Source: a virus (lineage: Duplodnaviria > Caudoviricetes). Taken from it: a stretch of DNA of 45,929 bases. Under the pieces are notes generated by a model. It did no database searches. It saw only the letters and a list, made by a program, of their open reading frames with translations, and was not told where the DNA came from. Each line of letters opens with the position of its first letter. The stretch's first letter is position 1. This document shows positions 10,185-20,310 of the stretch, in pieces. The stretch covers positions 1-45,929 of the IMG/VR virus record IMGVR_UViG_3300020042_002159. One strand, written 5' to 3'. The translations under genes were made by a program, and so were the position numbers.

Positions 10185-13100
10185 TTATAGCAGCCCAGCA
10201 CGCTGCGCTCTAACGCGATCAGTGGCGCTTAGCGTCTCTTTACGGTCAATTTTATCCTTTAAATAACGTAGTTCAGCGTTGTTTAATTTTTCATTCACCT
10301 TGTTCGCCGCGTCTTTAGCCATTCCGGGCGCTGCATCTACAAGTTGACTAGCTATAGAAGCCCCACCTCTTGGGGCATCAGGTTTTGCTTTGCCTTTTGT
10401 ATCAACATACGGGTTAACTTTGCTCCCATCTCCCGTGCGGCTTGTTGAAGTTTTATCGGAAGCACTTGCAGGTGCAGGTGCGTTTGCTGGCGCGGCTGAT
10501 GCGGGCGGCTCTTCTTTCAATATGCCCATGATGTCATACGGATCATCTTTAGACTTAGAAGTTTTTGCTCCAGCCTTAGCGCCACGACCTTGAGTAAGGT
10601 ACGTATCTTCGTACATTTGTACTTGGTCTCTAGCCTCTTGCAAACGACGAGTCGCACTATCTTCAAATCTTTTAACAACAGCCGCTCCTTGTTCTGCGTC
10701 TTTCCTAATAAAGTCATCTATTTTAGAAACGTCGCCTTTATTTTTCTCAAGTATGTTGTTGTACCGATTGACCGACTCCATAGCTTTAGCAAGAGGTGTA
10801 CCTTTTGGTGGTTTGTTTCTTGTATCGTCAATACTCTTTTCAGTTTCCGAAAGCCTCTTACGAGCGATCTCCAAAGACCTCTCAATGTTGTACATCCTAG
10901 TTTCTTCGGCTCGTTGTGCATTTACGCCGCCTTGAGTTTTTGCTCGCATCCTCTCAGCTTCAAGCTGCGCTGCTGTAGTCATAGTTGTTTGCTCAAGCGC
11001 TCTCTTATCGGTTTCACGCGCAGACTGATAGTCAACAAGCTTTATTTGCAGGGCCTTCATGTCTTCAGCAGCTTTGAGTTTTAGCGCCATAGCCGCATCA
11101 ACTTCACCGCGTTTCTCAAGACGTGTAGCGTTATCTAAATCAGCAATAGATTTGTCAATCTCGCGGCGCGCCTTCTTCTGTTCTTTTTCATCTGCAATGA
11201 TGCCGGGCACAGATTGCTTAAGTGCGTTCATACCAGCAACAAGTGTTGGGCCGGGGGTTGATCCCCATGCTGCAAAAAACTCAGCCATACGCAAATATTT
11301 CTGGCGTTGATTTTCCTCAGACATATTAGCTTTTTCAGCCATCATCTCAGCGCGTTGTTTCCGTTGACCTTCTGACACGTCGGCTACGCCAGCTTCTTGC
11401 ATTGCTGCTCTACGCTCTGCCATAAAGTCTGACAGAGGGGCGTTCATACGCTTATCCGTCTCTGCATACTGAGCTTTCATAAACTCAGGAATATTGGCCG
11501 CCCCCTGCATAGCGGCGTTAGCTTTAGAGACAGGAGCCGCCGCTGGCGGAGGCGTAGCACTCATAATGCCTACAGCATCGCCTTCGCCTGCTTCAGAAGA
11601 AGGGCCGCTATAAGGTCTTTGTTGTTTAGCCCTTTCTTCTGCAAGAGTGAGTCCATCAATGTTTCTACGGGCATCTCTTTGCTCTTGCGTCATTGCCCCA
11701 AATGGATCGGATCGATATTCTTCTTCTTTAACTTCATTGCCTGTCTGGAACGCAATGATGCCGCCACCACGCATAGTAGGCATTGGAGGTTGAGCAGCTT
11801 GGTACTGAACGCCCATAGGACCCGTACCTTGTGAAGGCCTGCTCATCTGACGCTCACGCAAAATACGTTGGGCCATCTTGCGGATAGACGGGCTAGAAGA
11901 TTCTTTAGCTTGCTCTGTCAATCCTTTTTCGTCCATGCTCTCAAGCTGAGACTCAACCTCACCGCCCATGTCGTAGGACATGATGCCGCCTTTGGCATAG
12001 CCTTTAACTTCACCACCCGCAGCAGCTTTAGGGGGGTTAAACGCGTTGAGCAGAGACGCGCCAGCGCCAGCCGCGCCCACAAATTGAGACACTGGGCTAG
12101 GCGCAGCTTGATACTGCTGAGTTGAAGACGCTTGCATTGGCAGGCCACGGAGCATGTTAGACATAGTGCCCAACTGCATAAGCGGGTACTGCTGCGCATT
12201 GGCATAGTCTTGGATAGCCTGATTTTTTATCTGCTGCTCCATAGCCTGCTGCTGTGCGCCAACAGTGTTCTGGGCATTGAGCATATTAAGCTGCGCCTGC
12301 TGTTGCTGACCAGCAATATTAGACATATTAGATGCCGCTTGATTAGCTAGACTATAGCCAGCTTGAGCACCGGACACACCTTGCAGACCCACTTGAGCGC
12401 CCTGCATACCTTGAGCCGTACCTGCCAATTGACGATCAACACCTTGCAGACCGGTCTGAGCACCCTGCATACCTTGAGCAGTGCCTGCTAACTGAGCATT
12501 AACACCTTGCAAGCCCATGCCTGCACCTTGAATGCCTGTTTGATAAGCTTGGTTAGCAGCACCAAGACCAGCCAGCGCACCTTGCTGACCTTGCAACGCA
12601 GTGCCAATACCAGACAGACCTAACTGACCGCCTTGAAGCGCTGTGCCCAGACCTTGTTGAGCGCCTTGAAGACCCTGAAGATTGAGGTTAGCACCAAACT
12701 GCTGTTGCGCTTGCGCCTGCTGATAGGCTTGATTAAGAGCTTGTGCCGTATTAGCAGTTTTCATCCCCGCCAAATTACGATTGGCTTCGGCGTTTTCAAT
12801 AGCCTGACGTGACCCACCAAACGCGCCTGCACGAGCGGCTTGTGCTCCACGTTGCGCACCAGCAATATTAGCTTGACGATCTAGTTCTCTGTTCTGAACA
12901 TCCAATACATTCTGCGTGTATGGGTTCATTAACGCTTGAGTTGCGCGGGGGTCAGTCACCATTTGCGCATATTGCGCACCAGCACCAGCAGCCTGTCGCG
13001 CATAATTTTCAGCTTGGCCAGAAACATTGCGACCATACTCTTCAGCGCGAAGGCCCATAGAGCCAATATCAGCGGCCTGCTTTCCATACGTTTGCGCTTG

Positions 13101-13730
13101 AGGAGCTAAACCTGCGGCCTGTCTACCATAATCAGCGCCTTGAGTGCCATAGGATTGACCGCCAGTAACGCCAAGATTTGCGCCTTGAGCGCCATAGCTA
13201 ACACCTAAATCGCCATATTTTTGGCCGCCAGCAATACCAAGACCTTGGCCCATTAAACCCGACCGCTGCCCTTGATCACCATAACCATAGGCTCTAGCAG
13301 CGCTGTCAATACCTCCTTGACCCGCTGCACTAGCCATATTTGAAGCACCAGCAAAACCGCCGGGCATTTGCATGCCCGTAATACCCTGCTGCGCGGCTAT
13401 TTGCGCAGGAGAGAACCCCGCTATAGATTTACTAGGGTCGTAAGAGAGTTGTTTGCCTTTGTCGTCGTATGTTCCGCCGTATGCTTGATACGGCTTAAAC
13501 GAATCAATCCTTGTGTACCCCGGCGTTTCACCCTCAGCCGCGACTTGTGTTGTATTAAATAACTGCTGTTGGGTAGCGCCCAGCATGGTCTCAACATACG
13601 GTTTTGCATACTCAGGTACGTTTGTATTTTGTACGTTTGTTTGTGTAGGGCCGCCACCGCCCCCGCCGCCACCAAGATGAAGAGTGAATTGATCAAGGAA
13701 GTAAGACTTCCAAAATTTAAACAAATTCAT
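10185..13730 (-). CDS. Internal virion/ejection (DNA transfer) protein
   Basis: 1181 aa; GGGGG-QT...PEYAKPY N-terminus, MNPY and AGAFGGSR motifs, Gln/Gly/Ala-rich then coiled-coil; lies between the GNAT-like gene and the giant protein. Confidence 0.7.
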   Translation of the reverse strand: MNLFKFWKSYFLDQFTLHLGGGGGGGGPTQTNVQNTNVPEYAKPYVETMLGATQQQLFNTTQVAAEGETPGYTRIDSFKPYQAYGGTYDDKGKQLSYDPSKSIAGFSPAQIAAQQGITGMQMPGGFAGASNMASAAGQGGIDSAARAYGYGDQGQRSGLMGQGLGIAGGQKYGDLGVSYGAQGANLGVTGGQSYGTQGADYGRQAAGLAPQAQTYGKQAADIGSMGLRAEEYGRNVSGQAENYARQAAGAGAQYAQMVTDPRATQALMNPYTQNVLDVQNRELDRQANIAGAQRGAQAARAGAFGGSRQAIENAEANRNLAGMKTANTAQALNQAYQQAQAQQQFGANLNLQGLQGAQQGLGTALQGGQLGLSGIGTALQGQQGALAGLGAANQAYQTGIQGAGMGLQGVNAQLAGTAQGMQGAQTGLQGVDRQLAGTAQGMQGAQVGLQGVSGAQAGYSLANQAASNMSNIAGQQQQAQLNMLNAQNTVGAQQQAMEQQIKNQAIQDYANAQQYPLMQLGTMSNMLRGLPMQASSTQQYQAAPSPVSQFVGAAGAGASLLNAFNPPKAAAGGEVKGYAKGGIMSYDMGGEVESQLESMDEKGLTEQAKESSSPSIRKMAQRILRERQMSRPSQGTGPMGVQYQAAQPPMPTMRGGGIIAFQTGNEVKEEEYRSDPFGAMTQEQRDARRNIDGLTLAEERAKQQRPYSGPSSEAGEGDAVGIMSATPPPAAAPVSKANAAMQGAANIPEFMKAQYAETDKRMNAPLSDFMAERRAAMQEAGVADVSEGQRKQRAEMMAEKANMSEENQRQKYLRMAEFFAAWGSTPGPTLVAGMNALKQSVPGIIADEKEQKKARREIDKSIADLDNATRLEKRGEVDAAMALKLKAAEDMKALQIKLVDYQSARETDKRALEQTTMTTAAQLEAERMRAKTQGGVNAQRAEETRMYNIERSLEIARKRLSETEKSIDDTRNKPPKGTPLAKAMESVNRYNNILEKNKGDVSKIDDFIRKDAEQGAAVVKRFEDSATRRLQEARDQVQMYEDTYLTQGRGAKAGAKTSKSKDDPYDIMGILKEEPPASAAPANAPAPASASDKTSTSRTGDGSKVNPYVDTKGKAKPDAPRGGASIASQLVDAAPGMAKDAANKVNEKLNNAELRYLKDKIDRKETLSATDRVRAQRAGLL
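12376..12515. repeat. 63-bp in-frame tandem repeat (~2.2 copies)
   Basis: ACACCTTGCA at 12376, 12439 and 12502; encodes GLQGVxxQLAGTAQGMQGAQx. Confidence 0.85.
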
Positions 13731-14134
13731 AATTTAATCCTCATCACTTGATGGGTAACTTCTAGCCCAAATTTTTCATACATATTAACTAGAGAACCTC
13801 TAGCCCACACTTGTGCTTGTGTGGCCCCATGAAGCTTCATCCATTTGTACATTTCTGCAATGACGTGTGGGCGCATAATTCCTTTGCCGCCCATTAAATT
13901 ACCGTGCCCAATTCTTTCCCGTGGGTAGTCAATGAAGTCTACCGCCGCCGCGCCTGTTATGCCTTCTCCCGGCTCTTCCCACACCACCAAATAAGTCCTG
14001 CCTGTACGCACCGCATATTCAACCTGCTCTATAGTTATTTCATTAGGGTCAAGATCAATTGCTTTTTGCAGGAGAGGCGCAGCAATAGGCCACACTTGCG
14101 GTAACTCATTAGGGCTGATTTGATAAAAGGGCAT
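13727..14134 (-). CDS. Putative GNAT-fold protein (position like T7 gp13/P22 gp14)
   Basis: 135 aa between ejection genes; ends in ...NMYEKFGLE, typical of GNAT folds. Confidence 0.55.
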   Translation of the reverse strand: MPFYQISPNELPQVWPIAAPLLQKAIDLDPNEITIEQVEYAVRTGRTYLVVWEEPGEGITGAAAVDFIDYPRERIGHGNLMGGKGIMRPHVIAEMYKWMKLHGATQAQVWARGSLVNMYEKFGLEVTHQVMRIKL

Positions 14135-14136
14135 AT

Positions 14137-15798
14137 TTAAGCGCGTGTTTTAGGCATGTATTTTTGTGGTTTGATATTCTTGCCCTGTTTAGGGTTGCCA
14201 GTACGCGCTTTGCGCACCTTGTCCATCATCGCATGAAGTTGCTTAGCGCCAGCTTCTGTAGAGCCGTTGCCCAGATGTGACACCACATCAGCAGGAATAA
14301 CAAACTCGCCATCAGCAAGTCGAGCAGGTTGACGTCCGCTAATAGTTGCAGGGATGTTGTCCGACATGCCATCACCGGGACCTCTGAGCAGTCGTGGATT
14401 TCCGCCAGCAGCATAACCACCCAAACTAGAGTGCATGATACCGCCGCTTGCTGCGTTTTCAGGGTCAAGGGAAGAACCGCTAGCTCCAGCTTTTACCCCA
14501 GCTGGGCGAAGATTTAATTGGCCCATAGGGGTTGGGCGTTTCATTCCGGGCAAATCCACGTTCGCACGTTTGTTAACTTTGGCTTGGCGAATCTGCGCCG
14601 CAGTCAACGCATCTTGATAGCGGGTATCAGGGTCTTGGTCGTAATAGATACCTACATCACGAGACACAGGAAGGGCTTCTCGTGGTTTACCGTCCAGCAT
14701 TTTTTGATACTGCTCAATAGAGTCAGAGAGACTGCCGCCTTTAGCATACTCAGGTACATCGCCGCCTTCATCGTAGCCTACAGGAATGTCGTATGCGCCG
14801 GAGCCCATGATGCCGCCGCCCATTGCATAGCGGGGTGTGTATTGAAAATTTGCGGGGTTAGCAGTAGAGCCTTGGAAGTTAGGAGACAGCTTGTAATTTT
14901 TTAGTGGGCCGTCGTATTCCTCGACGCTACCCCCATTACCAGAAGGTTTATTGAGCCCCAGCATGTTAGCGCCCATGTACGCGCCTGTTACTGCTTGGAA
15001 CTTATTAGCTTTTGCCCAATCTATAGCTGAATCCACACCCTTCATAAACGAAGAAGGTTCAGGAGGAGGAGGATTAAAGGGCCCAAGGGACGTAGGAGGG
15101 GGCAGGTTAGGGTTGACACTAAACCCACGCATCATTGCATCTGTTGGAGCCCTTGGAATTGAAGGATCAACACCAGCACGCATCATTGCATCTGATGGGG
15201 TAGGGCCACCTGCAAATGCAGGATCAATACCAGAACGCATCGCCGCATTTGATATGTCGCCGGGGGCGCCAGCAGTAACATTAGTAACAGTATTTGGGTC
15301 AATAAAATTAGGCGTCCCAGCAGTAACATTAGTAACAGTATTTGGGTTAATAAAGTTATTTGGCGCTGGAAGCGGATTTACCCCCGACACACCACCCGGA
15401 TTAATTGAAGCTGTAGAAGCCTCTAAATATGCTCGTTGAGCGGGAGACATAACATCAGGAACACCTTGAATCCCTCTACTAGCAACTTCAGGGGCAAGAT
15501 TTTGACCCGCCCCCTGCGCAGCGGTTTGAACTTCCGCCGCTGTAGTAAGAGGAGCGGGAGCGGCAGTGGCGGCGTTTGCGGTAGCCCCACCAACTTCCAT
15601 AATGCCTGTTTGCGCGGCAGTTTCAGCAGCGGCGGCAGCGGCGGCTTCAGTAGCAGCGGCGGTAGCGGCTTGTTCAGCAGCGGCAGTGGCAGCAGCTTCG
15701 GCGGCAGCAACGGCGGCGGCTTCGGCGGCAGCGGCAGCGGCAACTTCGGCAGCGGCAATCTCAGCGGCAGATAGCGCAAAAGCGGTAAAGATTGGCAT
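14137..15798 (-). CDS. Internal virion/ejection protein with Ala-rich N-terminus and C-terminal GPG-SD-IPA-GEFV domain
   Basis: 553 aa; poly-Ala/Glu N-terminus, Pro-rich repeats, multiple YxxGG motifs, LRGPGDGMSDNIPA...LADGEFVIPADVV. Confidence 0.7.
   Translation of the reverse strand: MPIFTAFALSAAEIAAAEVAAAAAAEAAAVAAAEAAATAAAEQAATAAATEAAAAAAAETAAQTGIMEVGGATANAATAAPAPLTTAAEVQTAAQGAGQNLAPEVASRGIQGVPDVMSPAQRAYLEASTASINPGGVSGVNPLPAPNNFINPNTVTNVTAGTPNFIDPNTVTNVTAGAPGDISNAAMRSGIDPAFAGGPTPSDAMMRAGVDPSIPRAPTDAMMRGFSVNPNLPPPTSLGPFNPPPPEPSSFMKGVDSAIDWAKANKFQAVTGAYMGANMLGLNKPSGNGGSVEEYDGPLKNYKLSPNFQGSTANPANFQYTPRYAMGGGIMGSGAYDIPVGYDEGGDVPEYAKGGSLSDSIEQYQKMLDGKPREALPVSRDVGIYYDQDPDTRYQDALTAAQIRQAKVNKRANVDLPGMKRPTPMGQLNLRPAGVKAGASGSSLDPENAASGGIMHSSLGGYAAGGNPRLLRGPGDGMSDNIPATISGRQPARLADGEFVIPADVVSHLGNGSTEAGAKQLHAMMDKVRKARTGNPKQGKNIKPQKYMPKTRA
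15126..15355. repeat. Two in-frame direct repeat pairs (51-bp and 48-bp periods)
   Basis: CACGCATCATTGCATCTG at 15126 and 15177; CCAGCAGTAACATTAGTAACAGTATTTGGGT at 15269 and 15317. Confidence 0.85.
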
Positions 15799-15799
15799 A

Positions 15800-16150
15800 T
15801 TAGAACTCCTTAATTTCTGGCGACTCTAGGCCTGTACCGCGAAGGTTATGTAAACAGCACAGCACCACATCATCAGTCAGCGCCATGAATGCGTGCTTCT
15901 TGCCCGCAGGAATCGTAATAACAGCGGGGGCATCAAAGCGCCCCATAGTCTCGCCGTCTTGCCAAGCTTCTACAGCGCCATGCGAGATCAACGTCACATG
16001 AGGATGAGTGTGGACGTGTTGAGCTAAAACAGTCTTAGACTTTGGAATAGTATAGGAGCGGACCCAGATGTCGTCTACCTCAACGAACTCCACATAGTCA
16101 AGATTAGTCTTCTCGTACTTAGGGTTTTTACTAATAGCGTCAATGTCCAT
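15800..16150 (-). CDS. Cupin-fold protein
   Basis: QHVHTHPH, G-x-V and IPAGKKHAF cupin motifs. Confidence 0.8.
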   Translation of the reverse strand: MDIDAISKNPKYEKTNLDYVEFVEVDDIWVRSYTIPKSKTVLAQHVHTHPHVTLISHGAVEAWQDGETMGRFDAPAVITIPAGKKHAFMALTDDVVLCCLHNLRGTGLESPEIKEF

Positions 16151-16183
16151 GTTTTTTGCTCTAGTTAAGGCTAGTTAATAATA

Positions 16184-16456
16184 TCACGTCGAGGTCTTTA
16201 TGCGAAGCATTTGACTACCATCTTGCACGCCATCTTGTGTATCTCTGTAGACATCGCCCAACCTCAAATTAGCAAAGTCTGCTTCAGTTGGTAGTGTGGC
16301 AAGATTTAAGTTAAGCGTAGCCCCGCCCATGTCGCCGGGATTAGACAACTGATTAAAGTACAGCCGCAAGATGTTGTTTAGCTGACTGAAATAGCGGCTC
16401 TCATACGCATCAGGAGGCAGCGGCAAGCTTGGTGTGGTTACGTTTAGTTCAGCCAT
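16184..16456 (-). CDS. Hypothetical virion protein
   Basis: 90 aa directly after the nozzle gene; LRLYFNQL helix. Confidence 0.65.
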   Translation of the reverse strand: MAELNVTTPSLPLPPDAYESRYFSQLNNILRLYFNQLSNPGDMGGATLNLNLATLPTEADFANLRLGDVYRDTQDGVQDGSQMLRIKTST

Positions 16457-18567
16457 TAGCGTCTACCGTCAGGACGTATGTCAATTCTAGGAGCGCCCAG
16501 TTGCCATGTTGTATTAATTTGGTTAGAGCTAATTTTAAAGATCATCTGGCGACCGCGCATACGCGTAAATATCTGGCCTGTAAACTCTTCGGTAATGACG
16601 TATGTGCTACCTTTAGCCACGGGCTGTGAAGCTGTGCTTGTAACCCCAGAGCCCGAATTGGTCAAACCATACAGCGTCATCGCCACCGACGGCGCAGCAC
16701 CAGCAGGGGTGTTCTCGGCATTTTCAAAAGTTAAATCGGGTAAGACGCGCCACACAAAACCAAAGTTGTGGCCGTCGCCAATATCAAACTCAGACGAGCT
16801 GATGTAAGCATCAATTGCAGTAGCAGTGCCGGTTGTGTTGTCGTTCAAGCCTGTCTCATGGTTAATCAAGTTACCCGTGAGCGTGGCAGTGACGTAGTTT
16901 GCCGCAATAGGAACAGTCTGCAACCCAGAATCTAACCACGCTGTACGTGACATAGTGCCGTAGTACCAGATTTTCTCAAGGTAATTGTAGATAACGTATC
17001 TGTCCACCACAGTGCTACCAGCTGAGCAATAGAACCACCAAACCTCATTGAAACCTTCGCTTGTCCCTGCAAACACTTGTAGCGCTTGCTCTTGATTAAT
17101 GTCCCCAAACACAAAACGGCGCAAATCGCAAGGTAAAGTATTTACTCGACCATCGTAAACATAAAACTTGTCTACGCCCATCCAGTACACAACGCCCGAA
17201 GCAATCACAGCCGATTCAGGACTCATGATAGAAATGTTGTCACCAAGAAGCTGCGGAACCCAAACGTAAGGAGGGCCAAGGTACTGAAGTGAATATATAG
17301 CTGAATCGGTAAACACCACAATCTCTTGACGAGTTTGTACAATACCTACGATCTCTGATCCATGAGATACCCGAATGCTACCCGCTTGATTTGTAATTGA
17401 CGGTGTCCAGTTAAAGATATCGTCTTGCGCTGACCAGCGAATTAACATGGGGTCTAGCACGTTTGAGCCGTAGTCATTACAACCAAACGTAATTACAAAA
17501 CGTAAAGTGTCGGACGCCGTAAGGTTGTTCTGAACTGTAGGCACATCCACAATTAGGGATACTATGCCTGTGCCTGAACTAGCTGTATTGATTACGTTAC
17601 CTGAGACATCTAATATGTTAAATGTAAGTCCACTAACTTGGAACACATAGTACGTAGTTGCCGCAGACACGCCAGTTGGCAGTGAGCCACCGGAGAACTG
17701 AAGCGCAGCACCTTCGTTATAGAGAACAGTTGAAGTAACAACTGTAGGAGAAGCGTTCGTAAAAGATACTGTACCGCCAAGCGTATTAAGTAATACGCCA
17801 CGGGTAGTAACGGTGTTGTTTGCTTCCCAATAGTAAATACCGCCGGTGCGTGGGCCATACACTAAATCTTGACCATAGTTAACTTGGTTCCACAAACGAA
17901 GTGCTGACGTAGATGTTCCGCCATTGCCCCATGTTGTACCCGACTCACCCCAACTACCAGCGCCCCAACCTACAAGGGGGGTAGGAATGGCAGGGCCAAC
18001 ACCAATTTGATATGTAGCTACAACAGAAGCACCGCCGCCGGGAGAACCAGAAGCATCCGTTGCGTTTGCCGTAGCTGTTGCTGTAAATGTGTATGTGTTT
18101 GCAGTAAGGACTGTTACTTGATACTGCGCATTTAATACCGTAGCCGTAATATTCCCGCCAAGGCTAACAGCGCCACTAAACGTAACAAAATCTCCTGTCA
18201 GTGCGCCATGATTTGTATCTGTTACTGTGATTGTGGTAGAGCCATTTGTAGCTACAAACGGATTGTTATTGATTGTGGAAGTTGCACGGATAGGCGTGAT
18301 GTCGTAGTAAAGACCGCCTTGGTTGATGTAGAACTTGAGGTTTGTGCCAACACCAATTAGATTATTGCCACCAAGCGTTACCCAGTTCCACAAAGACCGG
18401 CATACGCCTTGGAACGTAGCAGCGGAAAACGGCTGCCAGCCGCCAATAACTTCCGGACTGCCTTGACGAAAGCGCACTTTGTCGGCCTCGTACCACCCCC
18501 CTTCGGTGGTGTAGCGGGTATTTTCTTTATTTACCCCCGGCTTGAACAGAATTTTTTGTAGTGGCAT
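16456..18567 (-). CDS. Tail nozzle/head-closure protein (P22 gp10/T7 gp12-like) with inserted beta modules
   Basis: 703 aa beta-rich; PG.NKE..Y, VRF, IRWS, YWMG, C-terminal R.RGRQ...DGRR; sits upstream of the ejection genes. Confidence 0.7.
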   Translation of the reverse strand: MPLQKILFKPGVNKENTRYTTEGGWYEADKVRFRQGSPEVIGGWQPFSAATFQGVCRSLWNWVTLGGNNLIGVGTNLKFYINQGGLYYDITPIRATSTINNNPFVATNGSTTITVTDTNHGALTGDFVTFSGAVSLGGNITATVLNAQYQVTVLTANTYTFTATATANATDASGSPGGGASVVATYQIGVGPAIPTPLVGWGAGSWGESGTTWGNGGTSTSALRLWNQVNYGQDLVYGPRTGGIYYWEANNTVTTRGVLLNTLGGTVSFTNASPTVVTSTVLYNEGAALQFSGGSLPTGVSAATTYYVFQVSGLTFNILDVSGNVINTASSGTGIVSLIVDVPTVQNNLTASDTLRFVITFGCNDYGSNVLDPMLIRWSAQDDIFNWTPSITNQAGSIRVSHGSEIVGIVQTRQEIVVFTDSAIYSLQYLGPPYVWVPQLLGDNISIMSPESAVIASGVVYWMGVDKFYVYDGRVNTLPCDLRRFVFGDINQEQALQVFAGTSEGFNEVWWFYCSAGSTVVDRYVIYNYLEKIWYYGTMSRTAWLDSGLQTVPIAANYVTATLTGNLINHETGLNDNTTGTATAIDAYISSSEFDIGDGHNFGFVWRVLPDLTFENAENTPAGAAPSVAMTLYGLTNSGSGVTSTASQPVAKGSTYVITEEFTGQIFTRMRGRQMIFKISSNQINTTWQLGAPRIDIRPDGRR

Positions 18568-18585
18568 GTCTCATTTTCCCATGAA

Positions 18586-19014
18586 TCAGGCGAAAGGTCG
18601 AGTGCCTGCTTTGTCAATGATAAGCGCCTGCCTACGTGGGGTTCCGTCTGGGGTGTTTGTCACGCTGATATGCGTCCAAGAATCGAACTCGCGGATGATC
18701 TGGTCAAACGGCAAACCCGCAGCAATTACTGCTTTTACAACGGCATCAGGAGCCATGCCGGGAACACGAAAATCGCAAGCGGCCCCTATCCTATGTTGGC
18801 TAGAATCTCGACTTCCAACTGAATCATTTACGGCTTTTGACCTGAACCCAGAGTTCACCATGATCGGCTTGCCATCCAGCGCCGTCTTTACCTGTTCCAA
18901 GAACTCGGCCAACCGCAGAAGGTTTGCCAACTCTGAGTCGTTGGGTGTATTGTCAAACTGACGATGGCTGGTGGCAGTCAGTTCTTCTAGTGTAAAGTGT
19001 TCTGTGAGATTCAT
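18586..19014 (-). CDS. Endolysin, peptidase M15 family
   Basis: HFTLEEL, SGFR, SQHRIGAACD and WTHIS zinc-ligand motifs; adjacent to the holin. Confidence 0.9.
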   Translation of the reverse strand: MNLTEHFTLEELTATSHRQFDNTPNDSELANLLRLAEFLEQVKTALDGKPIMVNSGFRSKAVNDSVGSRDSSQHRIGAACDFRVPGMAPDAVVKAVIAAGLPFDQIIREFDSWTHISVTNTPDGTPRRQALIIDKAGTRPFA

Positions 19015-19496
19015 TTTTTACTCAACAGGTCTGTCTTGGCTTGAGAGCCAGCGGATGATCCAAAATAATACGCAATGATGCCTGTCCAAGCTGTGCCCAG
19101 TGAGCCAAGCATCATCAAGATAGCGGGGTTGCCGGAGTCAATCTTGTTGAAGAACATCATCACCATGATGCTGAAGAACCCAATCGTTACAAGACCAGCC
19201 AGCAAAGGCGGCATCATCGAGCGAGTAGTTGCCTGCATATCCCGTGCGGACTTGCGGTCTTCAACCTCCAGCTTTTCAAAGTTTAGGCCAAGCTCCTGCG
19301 CTTGTTTCTGCAACTCAATTTCAGCAATTTTGACCTGAGCAATCTGGTCTGCTGTCAACTTGTTGCTGGAGATAAGATCACCAACCTTTTCAGGGTCAAC
19401 GCCAATAGCCTTGGAGATAGCAGACACCGCCATCCCAGCCAAAGGGCCACCCATCGCGGTGGCAATTGTTGGCGCAATTTGTTTAAGCCAATCCAT
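19011..19496 (-). CDS. Putative holin
   Basis: Two to three hydrophobic segments; DRKSAR and YYFGSS motifs; ATGA overlap with the endolysin. Confidence 0.75.
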   Translation of the reverse strand: MDWLKQIAPTIATAMGGPLAGMAVSAISKAIGVDPEKVGDLISSNKLTADQIAQVKIAEIELQKQAQELGLNFEKLEVEDRKSARDMQATTRSMMPPLLAGLVTIGFFSIMVMMFFNKIDSGNPAILMMLGSLGTAWTGIIAYYFGSSAGSQAKTDLLSKK

Positions 19497-19813
19497 TATT
19501 TTTTCTCCATTTTGGTTTCAATGACTGCAATACTTTGGCGGTTGTGCATGATGTCATCCCTGTTCTTTTGGATTTCTTTTTCTAAATCCTGACGCAATTT
19601 TTCACGAGCCAGTTCAGCACCTGTGTTTGTTGCTTGTTTGTTGTCTGATGTGACCACCAGACTTATTTTGCTGTTAAGGATTGTGACCTCATGAGCTAAA
19701 TTTGACAGCGCCGACATAAGATACACCACGCAAGTAAACAGCAGTGGTAGTACGGCAAAGGTAAGTTTTTCAATCAACGCGCCTTTTGCGTTTTCTTTCT
19801 GTTCTTCAGCCAT
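19496..19813 (-). CDS. Membrane-anchored coiled-coil protein (lysis region)
   Basis: One TM segment followed by coiled coil. Confidence 0.65.
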   Translation of the reverse strand: MAEEQKENAKGALIEKLTFAVLPLLFTCVVYLMSALSNLAHEVTILNSKISLVVTSDNKQATNTGAELAREKLRQDLEKEIQKNRDDIMHNRQSIAVIETKMEKK

Positions 19814-19815
19814 AT

Positions 19816-20310
19816 TTATCTCCTTTGAAAATCACATTTGCCAGCACATTGCTCAAGAATCGTAAAAGACAGATAGACAACAAAGCCTATCAAGGCAAAG
19901 AAGACCAAGACCAGCATCACAATCTCAAGAGTTTCTTCAACTTCTTTTTTGTGCTTTGCCGCAGCTTCTTTTTCACGCCGCGCATCATGGGCAGCTTCAA
20001 CGTCTAGTTCTTCTGCTCTGGCCTTGATCTTGTTCCAAACATCTACCTTACCAGCCTGCATGAACAACAACTGCAACTCAGCCTCAAACCTTTTTGCTTG
20101 GTCAAGCGCCATCTCAATTTGGATGGCAGTCCCCATAGAGGACTTTGACTTTTTGGCCTGAGAAACAGCCTTGGTTGCCGTAGACTTTGCATCAAAATAC
20201 TTGCCCAATACGGGCCCGAGTGAAGATACGTCATCAACAGTCTTGCTGACCTTCTTGATTAGCGCAACCGCCGCCTGTATCCCAGCTAGGGCTGTTAGCG
20301 GATCAATCAT
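19816..20310 (-). CDS. Hypothetical membrane protein
   Basis: MIDP N-terminus, coiled coil, C-terminal TM segment. Confidence 0.7.
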   Translation of the reverse strand: MIDPLTALAGIQAAVALIKKVSKTVDDVSSLGPVLGKYFDAKSTATKAVSQAKKSKSSMGTAIQIEMALDQAKRFEAELQLLFMQAGKVDVWNKIKARAEELDVEAAHDARREKEAAAKHKKEVEETLEIVMLVLVFFALIGFVVYLSFTILEQCAGKCDFQRR

